From Rhodosorus marinus CCMP1338 (taxonomy: Eukaryota; Plantae; Rhodophyta): 64,000 nt of DNA. A program made the translations under genes and the position numbers. This document shows, piece by piece, positions 21,182 to 31,740 of this stretch. Location: positions 2,053,291-2,117,290 of the forward strand of contig JAMWBK010000008.1 of the NCBI GenBank assembly GCA_029953675.1, read 5' to 3'. Below the pieces are notes generated by a model. The model was given only the letters and a program-made list of their open reading frames with translations. It did not search any database and was not told the origin of the DNA. Numbering within the stretch: position 1 is the stretch's first letter; each line of letters starts with the position of its first letter.

Positions 21182-24100
21182 ATGGATCTACAGTCTTATG
21201 TCCTGAAGGAGGGCGGAGACTGGGGCATTTGGCGTACGCGTTTTCGGAGTTGGCTCCGGCGGTGGATTTCTTTGGAAGGAGGCTCGCTTCCCCTCCGTGG
21301 GGGCATTCCCCCAGTCGTCCTTCCTCGTGGAGACCTTCTAGTAGCTGGAACCATTCTCGATTTCATCTTCACGAGCCTGGCTCGCAACATTCGGGACACA
21401 GTCATTTGGGTTTTTCTGGGGGTCATGCCGCGCCTGATTCTGGCCCCCATTCACACATCGGAGCGCAGATGGCGAGTACGAGACCGACTGGCCCTGTTCT
21501 TGAAGGGAGACTTCGAAGTACTACAGCGCAGCTATTTGGCGTCGTCAGCACCATCCGCCCGTCGGACTCGGCATGGCACAGTGTCGCCCGTGCCAGCTCG
21601 AGTACAGAAATTGGTAGCAGTGGGCGATTTAAGTCGAGCGGCGCGGGTTTTGGAGGGCCAGGCGCCTGTCCTCCCCTACGATGATAGTCTCGCCCAGACG
21701 GTGTCGTCTTTGTTCCCTGAGTCCGACGTGGATTTGTCCCCTGAATTCGAGGTATTCTTGGACCGTCCGGAGTTGGCCAGGTTTCGCATCGATCTGACGC
21801 TCAGTGAGTCTGACCTGGAGGATTTGCTTAGTACCTCGCGTCGGGGACGCAGTCCCGGACCCTCCGGGCTAAGAACAGAGCTATTGCAGGCCCTGAGCCA
21901 GCCTGGCCAGAGCGCGCTTCTGAGGATCCTTAACAAGTTGTTCCAGGGCGTATCGGGTGCGTCTGCGCCATGGGAACATCTCCGGCAGGCACAGCTTTGC
22001 TTGCTCACGAAACCTGACGACCAGCCGGCCCACCCGCGTCTCCGGCCGATCGGGATGGTGGAGAGCCTACGGAAGTTAGCCGGGAGGTGGCTATGCCAGC
22101 GCCTTCGCCAGCGCGGCACAGCTTTTATGGCGCCCTTGCAAGTAGGGGTGGGATTTTCTGGGGGTTGCGAACTGATCACCCATGGGATCGAGCTAGAACG
22201 CGCCAGTAGGCCGGAGTGGGGAGTCTTGGTGGTTGATTTCCGGAACGCATTCAACAGCGTGTCGCGGACGCATGCGCTAGAGGTGCTCCGACGTGTGTTT
22301 CCGGAGGCGTGGCCGTTTCTATCGGGTATTTACGGAGGTGAGAGCCTCCCCTACTTGACAACGGAGGGCACTGTTTTTCAAGCACATACTGGCGTCCAAC
22401 AAGGCGACCCTTGCGGACCTCTTCTTCATGCCTGTGCCCTACAGCTCGTACTTTTACGTCTTTCGACTGAGGTCTCGGATCTTCGAATCTGCGCGTACCA
22501 CGATGACGTAACATTGCTGGGCACCCCTGACACCCTGGCTAGGGGACTGAACGCGATCGAAGCGATTGCACGTCGCGTCGGTTTGACTGTGGAAACAGAA
22601 AAATGTCGCTTTCTCCCCCCGAGGGACGTGTCGCTGAACTCTCTGCCACCCACTCTGCGACTAATCAGCGAACGTGAAGGGTTCGAACACCACGGCGTCG
22701 GATTGGGCACTGACAACTTTGTCCAAGCATCCTGCGAGCGAGTTTTGGCACGGCACAAGCAACTCACCGACCCAATTGAGCACCTACCCGACAGCATGCT
22801 GCAATCGGCCTGCTTGCTTTCCCGCTTTTGTGCCGGTCCCAGACTCAACTACTGGTTGCGCAGCCTGCCTCCAGCTTGGGGCGAGTGGATCGCGGCTAAA
22901 GCCGACGAAATGACCCTGCAACACTGGGGAACGCTCTTGGATGAGCCCCTCGATCTTGAAGCTGCTCCCGACAGGGACTTAATTCGTGCACAGATCGCTC
23001 TACCGTTGCGATTAGGGGGATTCGGCGTCGCAGACCGTGGGCTGGTATGCTCGCCAGCGGCGGTTGCCTCCTGGGCTTCCGCGCTGCGAACGTTGGTGAC
23101 CTTCCAGATGCGAAGTGCCTGCCTCTTGGCTCGAGCTTTGACCAACGAGGATCCAGTGACCCTGCCGCCCCCGCTTTTGACAATTTATGATGGTCTTCAA
23201 CACGCGTTCAGGAGGTGCAACGCCGTGCCGGACGCAAATCGGTCCCGCTTTCGTTCCTGGAGGGAGCTGTTATGGGGACGAGCTGAAGCGATTGAGGATT
23301 ATCCCCTCGACCGAGTTCTTGCCGATGACGGAGGGGCTAGCCCCGGGTCCCCTGTTGCAGACTACCCGGGTTTGAGCCGATTGTGGAGCTCCCGCACTGA
23401 TGTGATTCAACATAGCCTCACCTGGGGCCAACACAGTGCCGCTCACACAGTCATGCTCAATTCTCCTCTCACGCCGCCTACCACTGCCGCTCGTCTCCGC
23501 GGCATGGCAGGCAACCTCTCGCACTTGTGGTTAACCACTCTACCGTCGTCATTGAGTCATCGTCTCGATGCTTTCCAGTTCCGTTCTGCCGCACGGATCT
23601 ATCTCGGTTTGCCACAGGCTCCGTGGCACTCTAATCGGCCGTCTTTCTGTCAGGGATGTGAGAGTCGGATTGACGCTTGTGGCTACCACTTCCTGGGTTC
23701 CTGCGGACTGTTGCGAGGTCTCCGTACGAGGCGTCACACTCGCCTCAAGTACATCCTCAGCGAATTTTTGACTCGGATAGGGCATACGGTTGAGGTTGAG
23801 TCGGAACTGCCCAGATCCATCTCGGACTCTGCACCGCCCCGTTGTATAGCCGATCTCCTCGTCTCCGACGCTGCTGCAAGACGCTCAACATATGTGGACC
23901 TTGCGATTACCTGCCCCGTGGCCAGCGCCCACCTCACCGCAGCCGCCCGCCGCCGGGGGGCCGCGGCTTCAGCCCTTCGAAGAGTTAAGGAACGACGGTA
24001 TGCTGAGAGCATGGCCAGTCTGCCTTGCGCTGAGGGTCGCTCTCACCGGTTCCAGCCATTCATTGTGGAAAGCTTTGGTCACGTGGATAAGTCGGGTTTA

Positions 24101-24253
24101 TAGTGGTTGCGGAAATGTTTTGCTGAGCATCCTACTGAATATTTGGCGCTCTTGAGGCGTTTAAGTGTCTCCCTTTGGCGATATTCCAGCGACATGCTTT
24201 CCGAGGCGCGCCATCGGCGCCTGGGGTTGCATGCTTCCCTCCCTAGTTATTAG
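21182..24253 (+). pseudogene. Family A ORF2, copy 2, with premature TAG at 24101-24103
   Basis: GAG in the other copies is TAG here, removing the last 50 aa. The normal stop is at 24251-24253. Confidence 0.85.
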
Positions 24254-24296
24254 TTCATCTTCACGCCTTGCGTAGCGCTTCAGGCTATGCTAGTAA

Positions 24297-24508
24297 GGTT
24301 GCGGAAATGTTTTGCTGAGCATCCTACTAATATTTGGCGCTCTTGAGGCGTTTAAGTGTCTCCCTTTGGCGATATTCCAGCGACATGCTTTCCGAGGCGC
24401 GCCATCGGCGCCTGGGGTTGCATGCTTCCCTCCCTAGTTATTAGTTCATCTTCACGCCTTGCGTAGCGCTTCAGGCTATGCTAGTAAAGTCCAGTAAAGT
24501 CCAGTAAA
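24297..24508 (+). mobile_element. Tiny 5'-truncated family A copy inserted in the tail of copy 2
   Basis: Repeats the last ~190 bp of copy 2; agtaa is duplicated at the junction. Confidence 0.85.
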
Positions 24509-24755
24509 CAATCAGCAACGACGTCCCCTCCTGGCCGGTTGCCCTAATTTGCTCAGCCCGACCGTGTACAATCCGGTTTAAAATGAAGATTACTCCACTA
24601 GCAAATTCCTTTCGTACAAAAAAGTTGTAAATGAAGAGTGGCTTTGTCCACCATCAGATTTATTCAGGCCTTGTCACGTGTTTACTCAGCCCGACCGTGT
24701 CTATCCACGGGCAAATAGGGATGGGAACCCCGAAGAAAGCCCATGGTATGCTAAA

Positions 24756-25453
24756 TGAGAAGAGGAAGGCTCGGACGTGCTACCTGAAGCAGTATGCCTA
24801 GGATGTACTCAGATGTGAGCACGGATGGTTGGGATTTGCTGAGCGCGAAGAGCTTCAGGGTGCTCTGGCCGTAGCTGAAGAGCGGACTTGTCCCATGTTT
24901 GCTCAGCCCGACAATAGATAACTCTCTTAAAACTAACAATGTTTCAATATTCGTACTTCAAATCGTTATGATTTGACGGGAAGAGTAGTGCTCCGGCCGG
25001 ATTGCTTCTTGTTGCCCTTATTTGCTCAGCCCGAGCACGAAACAGATTCCGGACTTGCGGAAAGCTCGAAACTCGAAACGTAGCAAACTGGAAACTACTT
25101 TAGTTATCGAATGCTCCAGATCCTTAATGTTTTGTATTTCCTTAAAAACGTAGTGCAAAGTGTCCTAACCTAAGCTCGAAGAATGTAAAAACTGGGGCTT
25201 CTTTCCCTCCCTTGCCTGTTTTAACACGTGCATAATTCAACGAAGAACGAGGAGACATGAATGCTTGTGTTCCCCTTTCAGGAGATACCAGTGGTTGTGC
25301 TTTCTCTTGAATACTGCTTCACAATGAATGCATCATCCTAGTGAGAAACGCCCTGACGCTCTTCGCGCTCAGGGAAACCCAACCATCGGTGCTCACATCT
25401 GGGTATATCCTTAGCATACTGCTTCCGGTATCACTTCCAAGCTTGGCATCTCA
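24756..25453. repeat. Imperfect ~110-bp inverted repeat (24756-24866 and 25343-25453)
   Basis: Core gaagcagtatgc...cagatgtgagcac.gatggttggg...ctgagcgcgaagagc is present in opposite orientations. Confidence 0.8.
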
Positions 25454-25529
25454 GCGGCGGGGTTCCCCCCTCCTTTTCACAACTAAATCAGAGAACCCTC
25501 ACCGCGCCTCCGCTCCCCACCCAAAATTC

Positions 25530-25829
25530 TGTTGAAACGGTCACGCGATGAACGGTGACGATACGCTCTCAGCATCTAGGAGGGTGATTCACACACGGTC
25601 ACACATACGGTAGGACCGATGTGCGAACAGTATACGGTAGACAAACCATGTAGAGGTTCAAACAATTGAAGTAGTTTGAACAGTACAAGGTATCGATCTT
25701 TTGCACAGTATAGTAGGATACTTAAGTGGTAGATATCGAACGCAAGGGTCAGGGAAAACAATAAAGAAACTATCGAAGTTTGGCTGACGGGACTTTGGTC
25801 AAGGTTGGGAATCCTTGAAAATTCCAACA
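25530..25829 (+). repeat. 5' LTR
   Basis: Matches 29764-30063 except for one substitution. Confidence 0.97.
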
Positions 25830-25847
25830 TGGTCTCATCGCTCGGTG
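25830..25847 (+). promoter_or_regulatory. Primer binding site (TGGTCTCATCGCTCGG)
   Basis: Begins TGG immediately after the 5' LTR. Confidence 0.75.
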
Positions 25848-25956
25848 CGATTTAAGACGTTGCTTGGTGCAACTTAAGGATATTGCTTGGTGCGATTCCG
25901 AGAGAGAAGTGTTTATTCTTTAAGGATTGGTTTTTAAAGATCGGGTTTTTCAGAGT

Positions 25957-28900
25957 ATGGCGGCGAGGACCAGGGGGAGTGTAGCAGAACATGACGCGCA
26001 CCTGAAGGACTTCGCGCTACCGTCAGTGTTCACCGGGGATCAGGATTCGTTCCGATCCTTCCGGAACTGGAGACACCAGGTAGAGTGCTACCTGACCGTC
26101 AAAGGTCTTAGGGATGTAATCGACAACCCTATAGACGCGACGGAAGCGGAGAGACAGTATGTCTCCGCGGTGTTCTCCAGAGTGCTGGATGGGCCGGCGC
26201 TGGACACAGCCTTTGCCTCTTCGAGAGAGGCAGCGCCAGAGCAAGTATGGGCGGCGCTTCGGGCTAGATATGAGCCCTCCTCCCGCGAGACGGCCGACAG
26301 CGTATGGGGTAAGGTGTATCGGCGCGAGATGCACACCAACGAGTCGCCCCGCTCTCTGGTGAACTGGCTACAAACCCAGTTTGCAGAGATCAGGGAGATA
26401 ACGGGCGTGGCACCCACGGATGAAGAAAAACGTCGGGTCCTCCGGAAGATTTTGGAGGTGAGGGGCGACGAGTACGCGGAGTTCCTATTCTACGCGGCGA
26501 AGGATAAAACTTTAGACTGGACGGGCTTCTGTAATGACTTCGAGGAGCTGGACCGACTTCGAGGATCCAAGCAATTCAAGCCTAAAACGGATTACAGCGC
26601 GCAACACGTCACAACGGTGCAGAAGAAGAAGAAGAAGAAGACCCCCAGGGGATTTCTGTGTTACGGGTGCAAGAAACCCGGACACATCCGAGCCAACTGT
26701 CCTGAAGAGCAGGACAAGGAGGAAAATAGGCCGGAACCGCGAAGATTCCACGCAGGAATGACGGCGGTCAGAGCTCCAGCGAGGTTCGTGCTGGACTCTG
26801 GGGCAACGGATCACATCTGCACTTCGGAGAGTGCATTCTCAGGTCCCACAAGGATGGTTGACAGTGACGTCACATTCGGGGACGGGACAACGAAGACACT
26901 CGGCAAGATGGGTACGGTCGATCTGAAGACGCTAAAAGGAGATATGTTGTCGCTGAAGGACACTATCTACCTTCCAGGCGGCTCATTGAATGTAGTCAGT
27001 CTTAGTAGATTAATGGAAAACGGTTTCTCCATTAGATCTTTAGATGGAAAAACATTGACCATAGAAAAGGACGGTATCCAAGTTTTTAAAGCTACCGCCA
27101 AGTCTGGTCTTCTTTATACTGATTTGGAAATGAACCGGGACAGCAGACCAAAGACAGCAGCGCTATCGTTCCGCAGCAACGAAGACACGGATGCCATGGG
27201 TTGGCACAGGCGACTAGGACATCCTAGTGCCGGAGCTGTGAGGCAATTAGAAAAGAACGGCGAGATTCGCGTCAGCGACAAAGTACCAGAAAGGTTCGAG
27301 TGCACCAGCTGTGAAAAGGCCAAGATGACCGCAACGGGTGGAAGTGGACCACTCAGGAAGGCAACGATGCATGGCGAGTGCATCCACAGTGATATAGCGG
27401 GACCGTACCCAGAAGGAAGGGGAGGCCTGAAGTATATCGGCATTTTTGTGGACGAGGCGACGGGAATGCTGGGGGCGTACCCCCTGGAGCATAGAAGTTT
27501 GATAGATGAGGCTTTTCGGGAGCACGTTATGATTATGAAAACGCAACACGGAGCGAACGTGAAGAAACTGAAAAGCGACAACGCCCTGGAATACAAAGGC
27601 ATGAAGCCGCTACTGCGTGACTTAGGCATTGGGTGGGATCCCTCTGCGCCATATACACCGTCTGGCAACGGGATGGCGGAGCGCATGGTCCGCACAGTCA
27701 AGGAGAGACTTAGAGCGAAGCTGTTTGGAAGCGGGTTGCCGGAAAACATGTGGCCGGAGGCATTACCAGTGGTGGTTGACAACATCAACCGAACGCCACG
27801 GAGTTTTCTAAGAGGAAAAAGCCCGGTGGAGTCAGTCACCATGAAGAAACCAGCAATGAGAGAGATATTCCCATTTGGCTGCGAAATCACTTACAAACGA
27901 GCTGGACCCGGAAAGCTGGGGAATTTGGAGAGCCGGTCGGCCAAGGGGATCCTCATGTGTGTTCGAGATTCCCATGTGGCACGCATCTACGACCCCGCGA
28001 ATGGTGGATTCAGGGAATCACGACACTGGCGGGTGTTTGAGAACGTTTTCCCTGCAAAGGAGATGAGTGTCAACGGACTTGAAAGGGAGCAACGGAACCA
28101 GAGAGAGGTGTCCGTGAACTTGATGCGCAAAGGAGATTCGCTATATGACGTACCAGATCCGGAATCATGGAGTGAGGCGATGAATGGAGCATACGCGGAA
28201 GATTGGAAGCGCGCCGCATCGGAGGAGCTCGGCTCACTACGAGCAAATCAAACGTGGGAACTGATACCACGGGAAGAGGTCCCTAAGTCTGCGAGAATAC
28301 TAGGGTCTAGACTGATTCTCAAGGTGAAAAGAAACGGAGATGGATCAGTCCAACGTTTCAAGGCTCGACTTGTTGCGAGAGGTTTCGCACAAAGACAAGG
28401 GATCGACTATGAGGAGGTATTCGCTCCTACAGTCGACTTCTCCAGCGTTCGAGTGCTCCTGACTATAGCAGCTGTGGAAAATCACGAAGTGGAGCAAGCT
28501 GATGTGAAAACAGCGTACCTGAACGCGAGTTTGAACGAGGACCTCTATATGATGCAACCGCGAGGCCTGGAGGAGCCGGGAAGAGCGGAGCACGTGTGCC
28601 GCCTACGAAGAAGTATATACGGTTTGAAACAAGCGGGAAGAGAACGGCACAAGAAGCTCAGCAAAGACCTCGTCGCAGAAGGATTTCATAAACTACGTAC
28701 CGAGAGTTGCGTCTACCGCAGAGAGAAGTGCCTGATCGCGGTATACGTGGATGATATGCTAATCATCGGGAGCCGTACGGAGGTGGAGACGGCGAAGCTG
28801 ATGTTGTCCAACTTATACGACATCAAACACCTAGGAGAGGCACGAGATTTCCTTGGTGTGAGAATCGAGCGAGACAGGAGGAAACAGGAAATCTACCTCT

Positions 28901-29742
28901 CGCAGGGAGATTACATCCGTAAACTTACCACGACATACGGATTGAAGGGCTGCCGCACCATATCCACGCCATGCACCGTCACACCTTCTACTAAAGAGAC
29001 ATCGATGGAAATGACCACATCACCATTTCAGGAGCTAACTGGATCCCTCCTTTTCCTAAGTACCAGAACGCGACCAGATATAAGTTTTGCAGTTGGCCAG
29101 ATCGCGCGAAAAATGTCAGATTATCGACTTGGAGATTTTGAAAGAGCGCGGCGGATCCTGAGATATTTGGCGGGAACACAAGGCAAAGTCATGAAATTGG
29201 GCGGTGTTTCGAAAGTGGCTCCAGATGGCGAAGAACCGCCGCAGGATGGCGAACAGGGGGGATTCAGATATCAAGTTACCGGATATTCAGACGCGAGCTG
29301 GGCAAGCCACGAAGACAGCAAGAGCACTACAGGGTCACTGATAATGATCAACGGATCGCCGGTGGCGTATAGGTCGTGGAAGCAGAGGGCCGTTGCTCAG
29401 TCGACGGCGGAAGCAGAATACCAGGCGTTAGGGGATATGTTGACGACCCAACGGTGGGTTCAGGAGCTCATCACTGAGACCGGGAGGAATACAAGCATGC
29501 CATTGGTGGCGTACACAGACAATGTGTCGTGTTTGCGATGGGCGACATCTGAAGATAGCAGGATGTCGCGTCACGTATCTGTTAAGCTGCAATACGCCCG
29601 TGAGAGATGCACATCGGAAGAAGTGCAGCTAAGGTATCTGAGCACCGATGAGATGACAGCAGATATGCTAACCAAGGCGCTCACGAAGGAAAGGATGATG
29701 GCCCTTACACCTGGCCTGGGTGTTGTAGATCGACCATCCTAG
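25957..29742 (+). CDS. Copia Gag-Pol polyprotein
   Basis: Domains in Copia order: CYGCKKPGHIRANC knuckle, protease LDSGAT, WHRRLGH, integrase HSDIAGP/DNALEY/NGMAER, RT KARLVARGF/YVDDML, RNase H YSDASWA/ADMLTKAL. First ATG is at 25957; the ORF is open from 25927. Confidence 0.97.
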   Translation: MAARTRGSVAEHDAHLKDFALPSVFTGDQDSFRSFRNWRHQVECYLTVKGLRDVIDNPIDATEAERQYVSAVFSRVLDGPALDTAFASSREAAPEQVWAALRARYEPSSRETADSVWGKVYRREMHTNESPRSLVNWLQTQFAEIREITGVAPTDEEKRRVLRKILEVRGDEYAEFLFYAAKDKTLDWTGFCNDFEELDRLRGSKQFKPKTDYSAQHVTTVQKKKKKKTPRGFLCYGCKKPGHIRANCPEEQDKEENRPEPRRFHAGMTAVRAPARFVLDSGATDHICTSESAFSGPTRMVDSDVTFGDGTTKTLGKMGTVDLKTLKGDMLSLKDTIYLPGGSLNVVSLSRLMENGFSIRSLDGKTLTIEKDGIQVFKATAKSGLLYTDLEMNRDSRPKTAALSFRSNEDTDAMGWHRRLGHPSAGAVRQLEKNGEIRVSDKVPERFECTSCEKAKMTATGGSGPLRKATMHGECIHSDIAGPYPEGRGGLKYIGIFVDEATGMLGAYPLEHRSLIDEAFREHVMIMKTQHGANVKKLKSDNALEYKGMKPLLRDLGIGWDPSAPYTPSGNGMAERMVRTVKERLRAKLFGSGLPENMWPEALPVVVDNINRTPRSFLRGKSPVESVTMKKPAMREIFPFGCEITYKRAGPGKLGNLESRSAKGILMCVRDSHVARIYDPANGGFRESRHWRVFENVFPAKEMSVNGLEREQRNQREVSVNLMRKGDSLYDVPDPESWSEAMNGAYAEDWKRAASEELGSLRANQTWELIPREEVPKSARILGSRLILKVKRNGDGSVQRFKARLVARGFAQRQGIDYEEVFAPTVDFSSVRVLLTIAAVENHEVEQADVKTAYLNASLNEDLYMMQPRGLEEPGRAEHVCRLRRSIYGLKQAGRERHKKLSKDLVAEGFHKLRTESCVYRREKCLIAVYVDDMLIIGSRTEVETAKLMLSNLYDIKHLGEARDFLGVRIERDRRKQEIYLSQGDYIRKLTTTYGLKGCRTISTPCTVTPSTKETSMEMTTSPFQELTGSLLFLSTRTRPDISFAVGQIARKMSDYRLGDFERARRILRYLAGTQGKVMKLGGVSKVAPDGEEPPQDGEQGGFRYQVTGYSDASWASHEDSKSTTGSLIMINGSPVAYRSWKQRAVAQSTAEAEYQALGDMLTTQRWVQELITETGRNTSMPLVAYTDNVSCLRWATSEDSRMSRHVSVKLQYARERCTSEEVQLRYLSTDEMTADMLTKALTKERMMALTPGLGVVDRPS

Positions 29743-29748
29743 TGGCAT

Positions 29749-29763
29749 GAGAGCGAGAGGGAG
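29749..29763 (+). promoter_or_regulatory. Polypurine tract
   Basis: gagagcgagagggag directly before the 3' LTR. Confidence 0.85.
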
Positions 29764-30063
29764 TGTTGAAACGGTCACGCGATGAACGGTGACGATACGC
29801 TCTCAGCATCTAGGAGGGTGATTCACACACGGTCACACATACGGTAGGACCGATGTGCGAACAGTATACGGTAGACAAACCATGTAGAGGTTCAAACAAT
29901 TGAAGTAGTTTGAACAGTACAAGGTATCGATCTTTTGCACAGTATAGTGGGATACTTAAGTGGTAGATATCGAACGCAAGGGTCAGGGAAAACAATAAAG
30001 AAACTATCGAAGTTTGGCTGACGGGACTTTGGTCAAGGTTGGGAATCCTTGAAAATTCCAACA
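29764..30063 (+). repeat. 3' LTR
   Basis: Direct repeat of 25530-25829. Confidence 0.97.
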
Positions 30064-31139
30064 AATTCAAAAAGGAAGCCAATTCACAAGGACTGCTTAC
30101 ACTGACAGCGCTAGGAGCTACCTACAAGAACTAGCGTAAGTAAACTCCGTTTGTTTCCATAAATTCTCACGCAACCGATTATTCCAAAACTAAGCAACCG
30201 AGACTGACTCTATATCAAAGGAAACTTCTAAATGTAGTACAGATATCTTTATGTTGAAACGAAAAAAACCACCCCCCAACCAAATTTGTGATCTAAAAAC
30301 TGTGGGAAAAATAAGCTGCATATGTGTGTTTTAATCGGGGCACGCGCTCTGCAACCCCCCCCTCCCCCCCTTACAAGGAGATAAAAAGACTCGTCAAGTA
30401 AATGCGAAAAATTTTGGTCGTACGCGTGGCCTTTTCCTATCATTGGGGCGCTGAGGGCCGCTGCAAGAAGTTTATTCAATCAAACTCAGGTTGATTGACT
30501 CTGATCATAGTGATCGATTTTTCAATGAGATGATTGGTTTTTTGGGACAGCTTTTTCTGTGCAGCCAGGTTCAAATGGCGACCCTTGGGTGGAAGAAGGG
30601 GATGCTCTATGCTTTGGCCCTCGCCTTGCACCCATTGGTTGTTGAGTGCGGAGATTCATAGACTCTCTAGACTCTCTTTGCCAGAAGGGCGCCCTGATCA
30701 CCGGCTCTCTTCTCTTACTCCGTTGAATTGTCATTGTTGGTGCATGAATGCCGTCTTTCTATTGGAGCACGTGTGACCCGCTTTCTCCTGAACCTGTGGG
30801 AGCTAACAGTGATGTTTTAGCTCACCCCGAAAGTTGAACGAACAAGCAGAGGGCTAAAGCGTTTTGTGGAAAACCGACCTCGCTGGCCGAAGGCTGAAAA
30901 TTATCCCTCCGAGGAAAAAAGGTGTCGTTTGTTTAAAGAAAATTGTAGAGTAAGTTATTTTGCAACTCAGCACTGTTAACAAAAACTGAACACCGGATGA
31001 GGAAACCAAGGAGGCTACGGAGGTGTCTGCTGCAGCGGACTGACTCTACACGAAAGCTATCAAACCCTCGAGGGTGCCAGAATAGGACTACTGAAGGCGA
31101 TCATGCGCCTCCAAAGGTGGTGGGCAGAGGTTGAATCGA

Positions 31140-31293
31140 ATGAATGAATGGTTTAATCGGAGGCTGAAAAAAAAACCCCGAGGGGAAAAAAAGACTAAGC
31201 GCGGCGAAGTACTCGCGCCTCCAACATCAAAGCGGCATTCATGCGCCACAGCAGGAAACTTAAGCGGGTAAACAACGATTGAAGACGGTCAGG
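31140..31293 (-). mobile_element. Tiny family C 3' end
   Basis: Matches the 3' end of the 7352-8135 copy; gaatc occurs on both flanks. Confidence 0.85.
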
Positions 31294-31740
31294 GGAATCA
31301 GAGCCAAATGACCCTGTGGAGATGGTGCAACTAGCAGTATGAGACAAGGGGTGAGGGACTAGTGGATCCGCATGGGTAGCCAGGGCTAGATTTAATAGGC
31401 GGGGCTAAACTATGTCTAGTTTAGTTGAGGTTAGCGGTGATTTACGCGGGTAAAAGTGAAAGATGCAGGAATGGTAAGGGCTAGGGTGGGGAATCTGAAT
31501 GAGTACGTGATCAGGCCGACAAGCAACTCCCTGTGAGTTTTGTGAGGAATAGATTTTGGGAACCGTTCCGGGAGACCTCTTGTAAGGCTATATAAGGCCA
31601 CGCTAGAGCTGAACTGGTGTGGTTATTTGTTCGCAAGGTCATTGTAACCAGAGTGAGAAAGAGTAAGGAGTCTGAGATCGAGTTCTTAAAAACGTTGTAG
31701 CGGATCTGCGTTTTGACGGGTTTTGAGTTTGAAGAAGAAA

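Larger units (their letters stand above)
19477..24296 (+). mobile_element. Family A copy 2, full length
   Basis: 5'UTR, ORF1, ORF2 and 3'UTR all present. Confidence 0.93.
25530..30063 (+). mobile_element. Intact Ty1/Copia LTR retrotransposon
   Basis: 300-bp LTRs bounded by TGTTG...CAACA, 5-bp TSD AATTC (25525-25529 and 30064-30068), PBS, PPT and a single gag-pol ORF. Confidence 0.97.

Noticed and set aside
24548-25034. CRISPR-like array from the four TTTGCTCAGCCCGA boxes
   Set aside because: The repeats are too short, spacing is irregular (123-217 bp), there are no cas genes and the context is eukaryotic.
30576-30660. Signal-peptide-like MATLGWKKGMLYALALALHPLVVECGDS*
   Set aside because: It stops after 28 codons with no supported continuation.
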